64,000 nt of DNA from a virus, in IMG/VR virus record IMGVR_UViG_3300032116_000122, positions 1 to 64,000 of that record; one strand, given 5' to 3'. The notes beneath the pieces are model-generated. The model did not search any database, was not told the DNA's origin, and saw only the letters and a program-made list of their open reading frames with translations. Of this stretch, positions 46,465-55,927 are shown piece by piece. Made by a program: the position numbers and the translations under genes. Numbering within the stretch: position 1 is the stretch's first letter; the number at the start of each line of letters is the position of its first letter.

Positions 46465-47265
46465 TTGAGTAAGAGTTCGACTTACGGGATTCTAGGAACG
46501 TCAGATGTGCCTAGAGAAGTCATTGTGGCGTCACTGTCCGATAGTGGTAACGCACAGTACATCATTCCTTGGTACGGCACCAAAAAGATATCACCAGCTC
46601 TTGAGTATGTGTATGACTGGCTCATTGACAATGAGATCAACTACCAAGTAGTTGAGTCTACGGAAGGACGCCCATTACCAAATGCAATTAAAAAGCTGGC
46701 CACGGAAGTAACCCAAGCCGATGCAGTAGACATAGAGATCATGATGTGCCTCAAAAAGCATGAGGACAGCGCTGCGTTGATCATGTGGGATGAGGAGAAC
46801 CCTCAGAGATCATTGTTCCTTGCCTCAACAGCAATTAGCATGGGCATCCAATCATTGGAGCTTACAAACGGGTTGGTTCCCATCATTGTTGAGGACTCTG
46901 ACTTGATTGTGTCTTCAAACAACGACGACACATCAAAAATGCAGATTGTTGCAAAGAGCAATGCAGAAGCGCACATTGACACTCTTCTAGATCTAGACAC
47001 GAGCAGCTTTGACAGAGAAACTTTAGAAGTGATGCCAGCAGTGTCGGTTAAGCGTATGGCAGCAAATGCTGGGTTTGATGTGAAGACTAAGGAAGAAGCC
47101 ATCAACGCCCTAACAGGTGGTGTTGCTGAGGAACCAAAATCAAAGTTTGATGTTGGCACGGTTCTACTGATGTTCAACGATGGTACAGAACTTGGGTTCT
47201 CGATGAATAAGGATCTTCTACAGAAGATCATGGATGTAGTCTTAGAGTATCAATCAAACTTGTAA
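46465..47265 (+). CDS. Hypothetical protein
   Basis: 266 aa; AGGAG RBS; TTG start. Confidence 0.75.
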   Translation: MSKSSTYGILGTSDVPREVIVASLSDSGNAQYIIPWYGTKKISPALEYVYDWLIDNEINYQVVESTEGRPLPNAIKKLATEVTQADAVDIEIMMCLKKHEDSAALIMWDEENPQRSLFLASTAISMGIQSLELTNGLVPIIVEDSDLIVSSNNDDTSKMQIVAKSNAEAHIDTLLDLDTSSFDRETLEVMPAVSVKRMAANAGFDVKTKEEAINALTGGVAEEPKSKFDVGTVLLMFNDGTELGFSMNKDLLQKIMDVVLEYQSNL

Positions 47266-47287
47266 GAGTTTCTGACACAAAGAGAAA

Positions 47288-47310
47288 AGCCCCAGGAAAA
47301 TCCTGGGGCT
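47288..47310. terminator. Bidirectional terminator between convergent genes
   Basis: agccccagga-aaa-tcctggggct with A-rich left flank and T-rich right flank. Confidence 0.8.
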
Positions 47311-47346
47311 ATTTCTTGTACCTACAACTGTAGGTAACTAGTGAGT

Positions 47347-47463
47347 TCACTTCTTCTTGGGAGCTGCCTTCTTGGCAGGTGCTGACTTCTTGCCCTTGGC
47401 GGGACCCTTGCCATAGCCGGGGTCCTTCTTGTCCTTAAGGCCACATCCACATGATGCACACAT
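47347..47463 (-). CDS. Tiny Cys/Lys-rich protein (38 aa, not in ORF track)
   Basis: MCASCGCGLKDKKDPGYGKGPAKGKKSAPAKKAAPKKK; GGAGG RBS. Confidence 0.75.
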   Translation of the reverse strand: MCASCGCGLKDKKDPGYGKGPAKGKKSAPAKKAAPKKK

Positions 47464-47464
47464 A

Positions 47465-47713
47465 CTAGTTACCTCCCTTCCGGTACTTGCTTGTCTTCTT
47501 TGCAATCTTATCGGGTTGTTTCACAAATTGCTTGCCTTCGGCATTACCTTTTGCTTTTGCCCGATTGGTGGCAGCTTTTTCTGATGGGGATAGAGAGTCC
47601 CATGCCTTGTCTGGTAGGTAGCGCTTCTTGCCTTTGGATTCGGAGCCGTCAGAGGTGCGCCATTTCTCATTAGTCCACTTATCAAGATCCTTTTGCGGCT
47701 TAGCTTTAGCCAT
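47465..47713 (-). CDS. Small basic protein (DUF5872-like, C-terminal half)
   Basis: KWTNEKWRT.DG...RYLP.KAW..LS..EK.ATNR.K...GKQFV. Confidence 0.75.
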   Translation of the reverse strand: MAKAKPQKDLDKWTNEKWRTSDGSESKGKKRYLPDKAWDSLSPSEKAATNRAKAKGNAEGKQFVKQPDKIAKKTSKYRKGGN

Positions 47714-47715
47714 GG

Positions 47716-47907
47716 TCAGTCCTTGTACCCGCCGCCAGCTTCCTTGTAGCGCTTAGCCAGAAGCTGGGCTTTGCGGGCAGACCACTCACCTGGGTCGCCG
47801 CCCTTGGTGCCAGCTTTGATTTCATTGAACAGGCGCTTGCGCAGAGCAGGCTTGGTGTAGTTACCAGCCTCATTGACCTTTGATTCGGCCTTCTTTTTAG
47901 CAGCCAT
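47716..47907 (-). CDS. Small basic protein (DUF5872-like, N-terminal half)
   Basis: YTKP.LR......AG.KGG.PG.WSARKAQLLA..YK.AGGGY. Confidence 0.75.
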   Translation of the reverse strand: MAAKKKAESKVNEAGNYTKPALRKRLFNEIKAGTKGGDPGEWSARKAQLLAKRYKEAGGGYKD

Positions 47908-48176
47908 CAGCAATCCCACTTACGAAGTGACTTGTTGATGCGTGAGTCGGGGTCGTTTGCGGTCTTCTTTGAAGTGTTCTTTTTCTTCATACCCTCCATG
48001 CGGGCACAGAAAGACTCACGACGAGCAGCATCCTTCTTGGACCTTGCTGCGCCTTCTTTGGACACGGGGGGCTTTAAGTTATGACCCTCTTTCTTTGCAG
48101 AAGCACGACCCTTAGCGTTTAGCCCGCCCTCGGGATCTTTACCTTCTTTACGTTGCCATGCTGGACTTTTTGCCAT
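47907..48176 (-). CDS. Small basic protein (DUF6321-like)
   Basis: PAWQRKEGK...GGLNAKGRAS, RRESFCARM, SRINKSLRKWDC. Confidence 0.8.
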   Translation of the reverse strand: MAKSPAWQRKEGKDPEGGLNAKGRASAKKEGHNLKPPVSKEGAARSKKDAARRESFCARMEGMKKKNTSKKTANDPDSRINKSLRKWDC

Positions 48177-48183
48177 AAATACC

Positions 48184-48618
48184 TCACTTAGTCGAGGCGC
48201 GGAGTTGCCACGCCCATTTTTGGTGCATATCAATACGACCGGAAATAAAATCAGCTATGCCCTGCTGGTCTGCTTTGGTAGCCTTTTTAAAAACATCGTT
48301 TAGAGTTTTAATGACTGACTCATTTGCGGTGAGCAAAGCTTTGGCCATGGCCTTTGGAGTAGGTTCTACATCTTTAAACGTTACAGTGGTAAGTTCATTA
48401 AACTTCTTTAGGCTAAATGGCGCGTAGTCATCCAGCTTTCTAACGTTCTCAGCAATGGGGTCGATTGAACCGTAAGCATCCTCATAAATGTCGGCAAACA
48501 GCCCGTGGTACTGACTGAAGTCTTGCCCCTCCACGTTCCAGTGATACCCATGAGCCATGAAGTAGAATGTAACCACGTCAGACATGAGTACTTTTAAAGC
48601 TTTAATTAATTCTTCCAT
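48184..48618 (-). CDS. dps: Dps family DNA-protecting mini-ferritin
   Basis: HWNVEG.DF..YH.LF...YE, D.IAE, HQKWAWQLRAS; AGGAG RBS. Confidence 0.92.
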   Translation of the reverse strand: MEELIKALKVLMSDVVTFYFMAHGYHWNVEGQDFSQYHGLFADIYEDAYGSIDPIAENVRKLDDYAPFSLKKFNELTTVTFKDVEPTPKAMAKALLTANESVIKTLNDVFKKATKADQQGIADFISGRIDMHQKWAWQLRASTK

Positions 48619-48667
48619 TGTGCTCCTAGTCAAACGGTCACCCCAAATAATACCACCTCAACAATCG

Positions 48668-48696
48668 TTGCGGATTGCAAATCCGCCCGCTACGCT
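48668..48696 (+). promoter_or_regulatory. Sigma70-type promoter with overlapping palindrome
   Basis: TTGCGG-N17-TACGCT; GCGGATT-GCA-AATCCGC at 48670-48686. Confidence 0.55.
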
Positions 48697-48706
48697 TCCG
48701 AGTCCA

Positions 48707-49960
48707 ATGGGAACTAGCAACGTATTTGGTGGGCGATTTATAGCCGTGCCCGAGTGGGCCTTGGCCTACATAAACGAGCATGGGCAACCACGCGACCTAC
48801 AGATTCTGACTTGCCTTGTGTCAATGATAAACTTGCACGATAAGTCGGTAACTGTGTCTGTGGTAGACCTAGCGAAAGTCGCCCGCACTTCAAAAGAAAC
48901 TGTAAAGAGATCACTCAAGTGGTTGTCCGATAACTTTGTAATTGGTGTTACGGTTGGCAAAAAGCCAAGCCCAAACACCTACACGGTACACTACACACAG
49001 CAAGTAATAGGGTCATCAGTGACCCCATATAGGGTCATGGATGACCCATTGATAGGCACACCAGTGACCCCATTCGGGGTAGGGGGTGGGGTCACACATG
49101 ACCCTATCAAAACGATTGAAATCCCAGCGTGCGATGGGTTTTCTGAAACCCCTAGAGTATTACTACTATTGAATAGAGAAAATACAGAATCTATAAAGAG
49201 GGCCGATGGCCAGGATGGTATGGTTGTAGACATGATTTTAGGTGCAGACCCAAACGAAATCTCTAAGGTTGAAGAACCGGTAAAACGCAAACCGCGTCCA
49301 GAGGTAAACAACCTAGTAAACTACTTCGTATATCACCCACGATCAGTGATGAGTTGCTCCTACACTTTCCAAGAAACTCAAATACTGAGAAGAACCATGC
49401 GGTTGTTGCTTGACTCAGGATTGACACGGGCATCCATTGCAAAAATGATTGATAAGTTCTTCAGCACAGACCGTATGCGGTCAGCAGATTCACCAGTACA
49501 TATGTTCTCTAGCAAAGCTGTACAGCAGTCATTGATGGAAAAGGTTGAAACTGAGCTGGATAGTGACACCAGCCCGGTGCTCACGTTGATGCTTAACGAT
49601 TTCAACAGAGACAACGTACAACTACCGTGGGACTCATCGTCAGACAAACACCTGCGCAACACCGTGATTATGACTGCAATAGACGCGTGCTATCGCTACC
49701 CAGAAGTAGTTGCTAGAGTTATTGAATCAACTGCGGACTTCTCAGTTCCAGAGTTTAGAAATAAACTTTCAGCCCTTAACTCGCTGGTTAAGTGGCATCT
49801 CAATACAGAGGATTGCGATAGAGATGAGCTCCTTAGCACCCTCTCCGATATCACACTTCCAAAAGAATTGCTTGCTAAAACACGCTCATCCTTGAGACCC
49901 GCTGCTGATACGATTGTGTCAGCAATTTACAATTACAGAAGAGGTTCTCATGGGGTATGA
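48707..49960 (+). CDS. Replication initiator (N-terminal winged HTH)
   Basis: FIAVP, SV.DLAK....S.ETVKRSL..L, NTY; internal iterons; upstream of DnaC-like gene. Confidence 0.75.
   Translation: MGTSNVFGGRFIAVPEWALAYINEHGQPRDLQILTCLVSMINLHDKSVTVSVVDLAKVARTSKETVKRSLKWLSDNFVIGVTVGKKPSPNTYTVHYTQQVIGSSVTPYRVMDDPLIGTPVTPFGVGGGVTHDPIKTIEIPACDGFSETPRVLLLLNRENTESIKRADGQDGMVVDMILGADPNEISKVEEPVKRKPRPEVNNLVNYFVYHPRSVMSCSYTFQETQILRRTMRLLLDSGLTRASIAKMIDKFFSTDRMRSADSPVHMFSSKAVQQSLMEKVETELDSDTSPVLTLMLNDFNRDNVQLPWDSSSDKHLRNTVIMTAIDACYRYPEVVARVIESTADFSVPEFRNKLSALNSLVKWHLNTEDCDRDELLSTLSDITLPKELLAKTRSSLRPAADTIVSAIYNYRRGSHGV
49010..49199. repeat. Probable replication origin: four GGGTCA-N4-TGACCC iterons plus AT-rich tract
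   Basis: Copies at 49010, 49032, 49055 (degenerate) and 49089; AT-rich ~49152-49199. Confidence 0.8.
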
Positions 49961-50165
49961 CGGTGTGTTTGCATTCGCAAGTTTTGAAGACCTTGTTCAC
50001 TTTGTGAATTGGGTCACATCATCATTTGATGACCCACAAGAGTTCAAAGACTGGATAGAGTCACGGACTCTCGACTTTGCAGAAATCGACAACCAATTTT
50101 GGAGCATAATTGAAAATGGCTATTATTCGGAAAGCAACGGCTCAGACCTTCCCAGTTCCGACTGA
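49950..50165 (+). CDS. Small acidic hypothetical protein
   Basis: GAGG RBS; overlaps neighbours. Confidence 0.65.
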   Translation: MGYDGVFAFASFEDLVHFVNWVTSSFDDPQEFKDWIESRTLDFAEIDNQFWSIIENGYYSESNGSDLPSSD

Positions 50166-50745
50166 TTGGAAATCAGAAAAATGGTGGCGCAATCGTTCAA
50201 CTGACGAGCGCCTGTTTCACACCCGCATACCCACTAGGTGGTTGTCGTTTACTCTAGACAACCTAGAAGTCAGCGATTCAACAAAGTCTGACGTTTCAGA
50301 GTGGATTGCAAACTACCAACCAGGAGACAGTCTGTTCTTGCATGGCAAGTCTGGTTGTGGCAAGAGCGTTGTTGCTCAAGCCGTTCTTGCTCAGCTAGTC
50401 GCAAACAATGAACTGTCTGGGAGATTTGTTAGCAGTGATCGGTACATCGACATGCTGAAAGACACCTTTGAGCAGGACGGTGGGTTGCTCCCAGAGATGT
50501 ACTCCATGCCCTACCTACTAAAATACATTCAGGGTGTGTTTGACATTGTGATGCTTGATGGTGTTGGGCAGGAACGAGAGACAGACTTTTCAACACATGA
50601 GATAGGTAGCTTGATTAGACGCAGATACGAAGACACTAGATCCATGATCATTACAACAACCATGGGAGTCATGGACTTCAATCGTCGGTACGGTGATCGT
50701 GTAAAGGTAGCGACAACGGAGATGACCGAGATTAGGGTTTCATAA
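50116..50745 (+). CDS. DnaC/IstB-like helicase loader ATPase
   Basis: LFLHGKSGCGKS, VMLDGVGQE, LIRRRY, IITT. Confidence 0.88.
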   Translation: MAIIRKATAQTFPVPTDWKSEKWWRNRSTDERLFHTRIPTRWLSFTLDNLEVSDSTKSDVSEWIANYQPGDSLFLHGKSGCGKSVVAQAVLAQLVANNELSGRFVSSDRYIDMLKDTFEQDGGLLPEMYSMPYLLKYIQGVFDIVMLDGVGQERETDFSTHEIGSLIRRRYEDTRSMIITTTMGVMDFNRRYGDRVKVATTEMTEIRVS

Positions 50746-51188
50746 TGGAGCGTGGGGATATATCCGATTACACGACGATTGCCCAATCGTGTATATGGGA
50801 AGGGGTTTTGGCAAACCCACCTGAAGGATTTACTTCAAAAACTCGTTATCGTCTGTACGAGAGAGCCAACAATTGGGAGTCAGCTATACCAATGTGGAAG
50901 CCGAACGACCTATCGGTTCGTTCAATTGCAGACTGTACAAACAGGCTTCACATCGGTACTGACGTAATCACGTTTCTTTCACAGGACGCCGTAGACCCTA
51001 TATACAACTGGCTCCTTCGGAAAGGAATTACCACAACCGTGTTGTATTACCCGTCAGCCAAAGAGTATGCTCTCGACCTGCGTTACAACCGGGGAATAAA
51101 AACTGTCTACGTTGCCAACGACGATGATGCTTTCACGATAGGCTTACGAGCTCACGTCGTTCAACCAAACACTGCTTGGAGAATTTGA
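50745..51188 (+). CDS. Hypothetical protein
   Basis: 147 aa; translationally coupled. Confidence 0.75.
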   Translation: MERGDISDYTTIAQSCIWEGVLANPPEGFTSKTRYRLYERANNWESAIPMWKPNDLSVRSIADCTNRLHIGTDVITFLSQDAVDPIYNWLLRKGITTTVLYYPSAKEYALDLRYNRGIKTVYVANDDDAFTIGLRAHVVQPNTAWRI

Positions 51189-52441
51189 TGGCTTCCAGTG
51201 AGCTGTATCTCGTTTCAAAAATCATTCAAGAAAAAGACATGACGACGCCAGTGCGAGCAGGACTAAAGCCTGATCACTTCACTGGGTCGTGGGTAGAGGT
51301 GTGGTCTTGGCTACTTGACTTTCAAAGAACACACGGAGCAGTACCGACTGAGCGGGTATTCTCACAAGAGTTTGGTGACATTCATTTGGAGGATGCATCA
51401 GGCGAAACATTCTCCAGATTGATCGATGAGGTTCTGTCTGCTTATCGGCAGAGAACCATCATGGATTCTTTGTCTCACGCCATACCTGCAATCAACAACA
51501 ATGATATTGACGACGCAATGGCCGCTCTTGCGGCTGGTCTACAGAAAGCGTCAGTTGAATCGTCAAGACTTCGTGACATTGATATCATTCAAAACTGGGA
51601 AAACCGCATGTCTCGTTACGAAGAGATGCGCAACACACCAAACGCTTTGCGTGGTATACCAACAGGGTTTCATGGTCTTGACAGAATCACTCACGGACTA
51701 CGCCCACAACAGTTTATTGTCTTTGCTGGAGAGCCCAAGCGAGGAAAGTCATTGTTTGCTTTGATCTTGGCTAACTCAGCACACATCCACGGCAAGAGAC
51801 CATTGTTTGTTTCGTTTGAGATGAGTATTGAGGAACAGGAAGCTCGGTACGACTCACTTATTTCCAGAGTTCCTTACACACGGATACTTTCAGGAGATTT
51901 GTCAAATGCGGACATGGCAAAAATCAAGCGTGCATTGAGTCTCCGAAAGAACATGCAACCGTTTGTGTTTAGCGAAGACACATCTTCTCTAACTACTGTC
52001 ACAGCTCTGGCTGGCAAAGTACAGGAGTATCAACCGGACTTGCTTGTTGTCGACGGTGTGTACTTGATGGACGATGAAGAGGGTGAAGCCAAGGGTTCCC
52101 CACAAGCACTGACCAACATCACTAGAGCACTAAAGCGACTTGCCCAACGGTTTGACATTCCTGTCGTAGCCACTACTCAGGTTCTCTCTTGGAAGCTACA
52201 GAACAGAAAGACAAGAGCAGTTACAGCTGACGCAATTGGTTACACCTCGTCGTTTGCACAGGACGCTGACTTGATCCTTGGTGTAGAGCGCAACCCAGAC
52301 GTTGATGATCAAGCAATTATCAGAGTTGTCCTAGCAAGAACTGCACCAACTGGAGAAGTGCATGTAAAGTGGGACTGGTCTACTATGGAGTTTGAGGAAG
52401 TAAACGACTATGACGACTACATCAACCCCTCATTCGATTAA
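51188..52441 (+). CDS. dnaB: DnaB-like replicative helicase
   Basis: GIPTGF..LD, GEPKRGKS, SFEMS, VVDGVYL, QDADLIL. Confidence 0.93.
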   Translation: MASSELYLVSKIIQEKDMTTPVRAGLKPDHFTGSWVEVWSWLLDFQRTHGAVPTERVFSQEFGDIHLEDASGETFSRLIDEVLSAYRQRTIMDSLSHAIPAINNNDIDDAMAALAAGLQKASVESSRLRDIDIIQNWENRMSRYEEMRNTPNALRGIPTGFHGLDRITHGLRPQQFIVFAGEPKRGKSLFALILANSAHIHGKRPLFVSFEMSIEEQEARYDSLISRVPYTRILSGDLSNADMAKIKRALSLRKNMQPFVFSEDTSSLTTVTALAGKVQEYQPDLLVVDGVYLMDDEEGEAKGSPQALTNITRALKRLAQRFDIPVVATTQVLSWKLQNRKTRAVTADAIGYTSSFAQDADLILGVERNPDVDDQAIIRVVLARTAPTGEVHVKWDWSTMEFEEVNDYDDYINPSFD

Positions 52442-53327
52442 CATCGCTCAAGTCCTAGAGTCAGTGGGCGTAGAGATCAAGCGAGTTGGTGAACGAGAGA
52501 TCACCGGTAAATGCCCTGTTCACATTAGGACGGTTGGGCGACATGACAACTCCCCGTCATGGAGCATGAATGCCAACACCGGACTATGGATTTGCTTTTC
52601 CTGCGGAGCCAGAGGGTCTTTGTCCTCACTTCTGTACGAACTGACTGGTGGAGCCAACTCTCTTGACATACAGAAGATGTTGGTTGAGTCTTCTTTTGAA
52701 GCCCTAAAAGCACCAAAGATCGTACAAGAAGAAACCTACGTAGATCGAGATGTGTTCTTTGGGTTCGCAAGAGTACCAGAAGCTTTGTGTGAGTCAAGAA
52801 ACCTTGACCCAGAGCTAACGCACAAGCATGGCGTTAGGTGGAACAAAGATCACAGAGCCTGGGCCATACCGATAATGTCGCCAACAGGTCGCTTAGAGGG
52901 TTGGCAAGAGAAGAAGCATGGTAGTGTGCTGAACTACCCAAACGGAGTAAAAAAGTCCAAGACTCTATTTGGCATAGAACGCTTTAGAAGCACTACAGCT
53001 GTACTTGTTGAATCGCCATTGGACGTAGTTCGGTTTGCATCTCTTGGGTTAGATGCTCAGGCATTAGGTACCTTCGGTGCGTATGTATCTGATGAACAAC
53101 TAAGATTAACTTTGTATGTCGCTGATAGAATTGTTGTAGCTATGGACAACGATGACGCTGGGATTGCTTCTAGTAAAAAGATTTACAAAGCAATAGGTAC
53201 ACCAAGAGCAGGGCTTTTGTGGTGGAACTACAGTGGTTCAGACTGCAAGGACATAGGTGACATGGAAGACGAGGAAATTAAGGTAGGATTAGATACCGCA
53301 ACTGTCCTACCACCTTGGATTACCTAA
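52410..53327 (+). CDS. dnaG: DNA primase (CHC2 zinc finger plus TOPRIM)
   Basis: CPVH...CFSCG, LVESPLD, MDNDDAG, KDIGD. Confidence 0.92.
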   Translation: MTTTSTPHSINIAQVLESVGVEIKRVGEREITGKCPVHIRTVGRHDNSPSWSMNANTGLWICFSCGARGSLSSLLYELTGGANSLDIQKMLVESSFEALKAPKIVQEETYVDRDVFFGFARVPEALCESRNLDPELTHKHGVRWNKDHRAWAIPIMSPTGRLEGWQEKKHGSVLNYPNGVKKSKTLFGIERFRSTTAVLVESPLDVVRFASLGLDAQALGTFGAYVSDEQLRLTLYVADRIVVAMDNDDAGIASSKKIYKAIGTPRAGLLWWNYSGSDCKDIGDMEDEEIKVGLDTATVLPPWIT

Positions 53328-53328
53328 C

Positions 53329-54876
53329 ATGTTTACAGGATCTCTATACCCATACCAAGAAGAGTCTGTCGAAAAAATGCTCGACAGAGGCCAAGTGCTA
53401 CTCGGGCTTGTGATGGGCGCCGGTAAAACCGTAACAACTATTGCCGCCATAGAATCCCTTTTTGAGAGTAACGAAGTAGATCGTTGTTTAGTTGTTACCC
53501 CAGCGTCACTGAAGTACCAGTGGAAGCGTGAGATTGAAAGGTTTACAAACTCACGTGTAGTTGTAATTGACGGTACTGTCAAAGCACGCGAACGCTGTTG
53601 GAAATCAGCTTTATCAGCTCGCTTCATCATCGTAAACCCTGAGTGTTTATTGCGAGACCTCACCTTATTTAAAAAGGTAGATTGTCAGGCAATCGTGGTT
53701 GACGAAGCAACTATGCTTAAATCGCGGGTTAGCAAGAGATCAAAGTTAGTTAAAAAGATTGCCAAGCCGATGCTGTACCGGTATGCACTTACAGGACAGC
53801 CTATTGAGAATAAACCTGAAGAACTGTTTTCAATAATGGAATTCGTAGACCCAACGGTTCTTGGCCCGTTCACAGACTTTGACCGCACATTCATTGTGCG
53901 TGATCACTGGGGTAAGCCCTTAAGGTACAGAAACTTAATGGAGCTGCACAACTCCTTGTCACACTGCATGATCAGAAAGACTCGTGAAGACATCGCTGAT
54001 CAACTTCCTGAGATTATTCACCAAGTAATCCCTGTACCATTTGATGAGGCTGGGGCTTCCCTCTATAGGTCAATCGCAAAAGACTTGTTGTACCATCTAC
54101 AACAGGCTATGTCTAAACATGGTGGGTCTTTTAACCTATGGAAGCACTACAACGATCCTGAGTCTAACGAAGCCCAGGGACAGATTATGTCCAGGTTAAC
54201 GGTGCTAAGGATGCTGTGTGATAACCCACAACTAGTGGTTAGATCCTCAGAAATTTACGCCGATCCAAAGAGGCCTGATGAAGGCAGCGCTTATGCTCAT
54301 GATATCTATTCTAGAGGACTCATGTCTAAGGTTACGGCGTCTCCAAAATTAGATGCAGTGGTCGAGTATATCGAGGAAGTTCTCTCCGCCGATCCCAAAA
54401 ACAAAGTAGTTTTGTTTTCCTTCTTTAAGGAGAACCTAAGACTGATTCAACAAGCAACTTCAAAGTTAACGAACAGCGTTCTGTTCATGGGTGGTATGAG
54501 CGCTGAGGAAAAAGACAAGGCAAAACAGCTATTTGGAAACGATCCAGACACACGTCTGTTCTTATCTTCTGATGCTGGGGGATACGGAGTAGACTTGCCG
54601 ATGGCAAACTACCTGATATCCTATGACCTCCCGTGGAGTAGCGGTAAGCTAGAACAAAGAGAAGCGCGAATAATCCGGTTATCTTCACAATTTCCCCATG
54701 TAACTATTGCAACTTTTGTTATGCAGGGTAGTATTGAAGAGAGACAGTATGAGATGCTGCAACAAAAGCGTTCAATTAACGAAGCGTTTGTCGATGGGAA
54801 ACACCACGACCACAAGGGTGGGTTTGACATTACATTGGGTAGCCTCTCAAACTTCTTAAAACAATCACACGTATAG
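53329..54876 (+). CDS. SNF2-family helicase
   Basis: LYPYQ, MGAGKT, DEAT, LTGQP.EN, GGYGVDL, QREARI.R. Confidence 0.92.
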   Translation: MFTGSLYPYQEESVEKMLDRGQVLLGLVMGAGKTVTTIAAIESLFESNEVDRCLVVTPASLKYQWKREIERFTNSRVVVIDGTVKARERCWKSALSARFIIVNPECLLRDLTLFKKVDCQAIVVDEATMLKSRVSKRSKLVKKIAKPMLYRYALTGQPIENKPEELFSIMEFVDPTVLGPFTDFDRTFIVRDHWGKPLRYRNLMELHNSLSHCMIRKTREDIADQLPEIIHQVIPVPFDEAGASLYRSIAKDLLYHLQQAMSKHGGSFNLWKHYNDPESNEAQGQIMSRLTVLRMLCDNPQLVVRSSEIYADPKRPDEGSAYAHDIYSRGLMSKVTASPKLDAVVEYIEEVLSADPKNKVVLFSFFKENLRLIQQATSKLTNSVLFMGGMSAEEKDKAKQLFGNDPDTRLFLSSDAGGYGVDLPMANYLISYDLPWSSGKLEQREARIIRLSSQFPHVTIATFVMQGSIEERQYEMLQQKRSINEAFVDGKHHDHKGGFDITLGSLSNFLKQSHV

Positions 54877-54883
54877 GAGAGAC

Positions 54884-55324
54884 ATGGAAAAGGTTGTTAA
54901 GATTATCCGTAGATACCCTGCTCAGGAGTTAGCCCTGATCAGCAAGGAATACAGTGACCTTAAGAGCTTAATTGATAAGTACCAGGTCAGACTAGATCAA
55001 CTAAAGAAAGAGCTAAATGACCAAGCAGACACCTTTGGTGACGAGGATGACAAAGGACATAAGTGGCTGAGAGCTGGAGACTTCCAGATCAAAAGAGAGC
55101 GTCGTGTTTCGGTTAACCTAGATTCTAGGGAGGCTGAGTCATGGGCCAAGGAGAACAACATTTGGGATGATGTGTCTGAGGTAGTTAGAGTACTGGATGA
55201 AGATAAGCTTCTTGGTAAGGTATGGGAAAACCCAGAGCTAAAGCCAGCCCTAGACAACTTGTATGTAAAGAAAGAGACGTGGGCTTTCAAGTTCTCAGAA
55301 AGCAAGAGTTATGACGACGAGTGA
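54884..55324 (+). CDS. Hypothetical protein
   Basis: 146 aa; AGGAG RBS. Confidence 0.75.
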   Translation: MEKVVKIIRRYPAQELALISKEYSDLKSLIDKYQVRLDQLKKELNDQADTFGDEDDKGHKWLRAGDFQIKRERRVSVNLDSREAESWAKENNIWDDVSEVVRVLDEDKLLGKVWENPELKPALDNLYVKKETWAFKFSESKSYDDE

Positions 55325-55493
55325 AATTTACGAATGGTTAAAAGCACACGCTGTTGTGCATACTGCAACTGGTGGAACTTACGACGTAGTACGCTTTAAA
55401 CAGGCAGTGTCCTTGATTGAGTTTTTGATGGAAGAACGTGACTACTGGAAGAACGCCTACATGGAGGCAACAAGTGCCACGCGATCCTCTTGA
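55311..55493 (+). CDS. Small hypothetical protein
   Basis: 60 aa; overlaps neighbours. Confidence 0.6.
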   Translation: MTTSEIYEWLKAHAVVHTATGGTYDVVRFKQAVSLIEFLMEERDYWKNAYMEATSATRSS

Positions 55494-55908
55494 CTTTTTC
55501 AATGATCTACCAGACTTCCCTGGAAAGACCCCACCAAAGAATCGTTCTTCAAAGAAGTCTGACAACCGACTTGACGACCGTTTCAACGGAGCAAAAGGTA
55601 AAGTCTTTAGAATTAGTGGTGAAGAGCGGGTGTTCTACACAGTAGGAGAACTTGCAAAATGCTTGAATCGTAAGCCAGTTACGATTAGGATGTGGGAGCA
55701 ACAGGGGTGGATACCCAAAGCCACCTACAGAACACCCACGCCAAGGGGCGAACAAATTCCTGGAAAAACTTTGAAAGGTCGTAGACTTTACAGTTTGGAG
55801 CAGGTAGAGTTCTTGATGGATGCTCTTGAGCATTTCAAGATAGACGATCCCAACAAGGCCAATTGGGATGGTTTCAGAAAACACATAAAAAACAAGTGGC
55901 CCAACTAA
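55474..55908 (+). CDS. MerR-type HTH DNA-binding protein
   Basis: YTVGELAKCLNR...TIRMWEQQGWIP...RRLYS; GGAGG before GTG. Confidence 0.85.
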   Translation: MPRDPLDFFNDLPDFPGKTPPKNRSSKKSDNRLDDRFNGAKGKVFRISGEERVFYTVGELAKCLNRKPVTIRMWEQQGWIPKATYRTPTPRGEQIPGKTLKGRRLYSLEQVEFLMDALEHFKIDDPNKANWDGFRKHIKNKWPN

Positions 55909-55927
55909 CAAGAGAAAAGAGAAAAAC

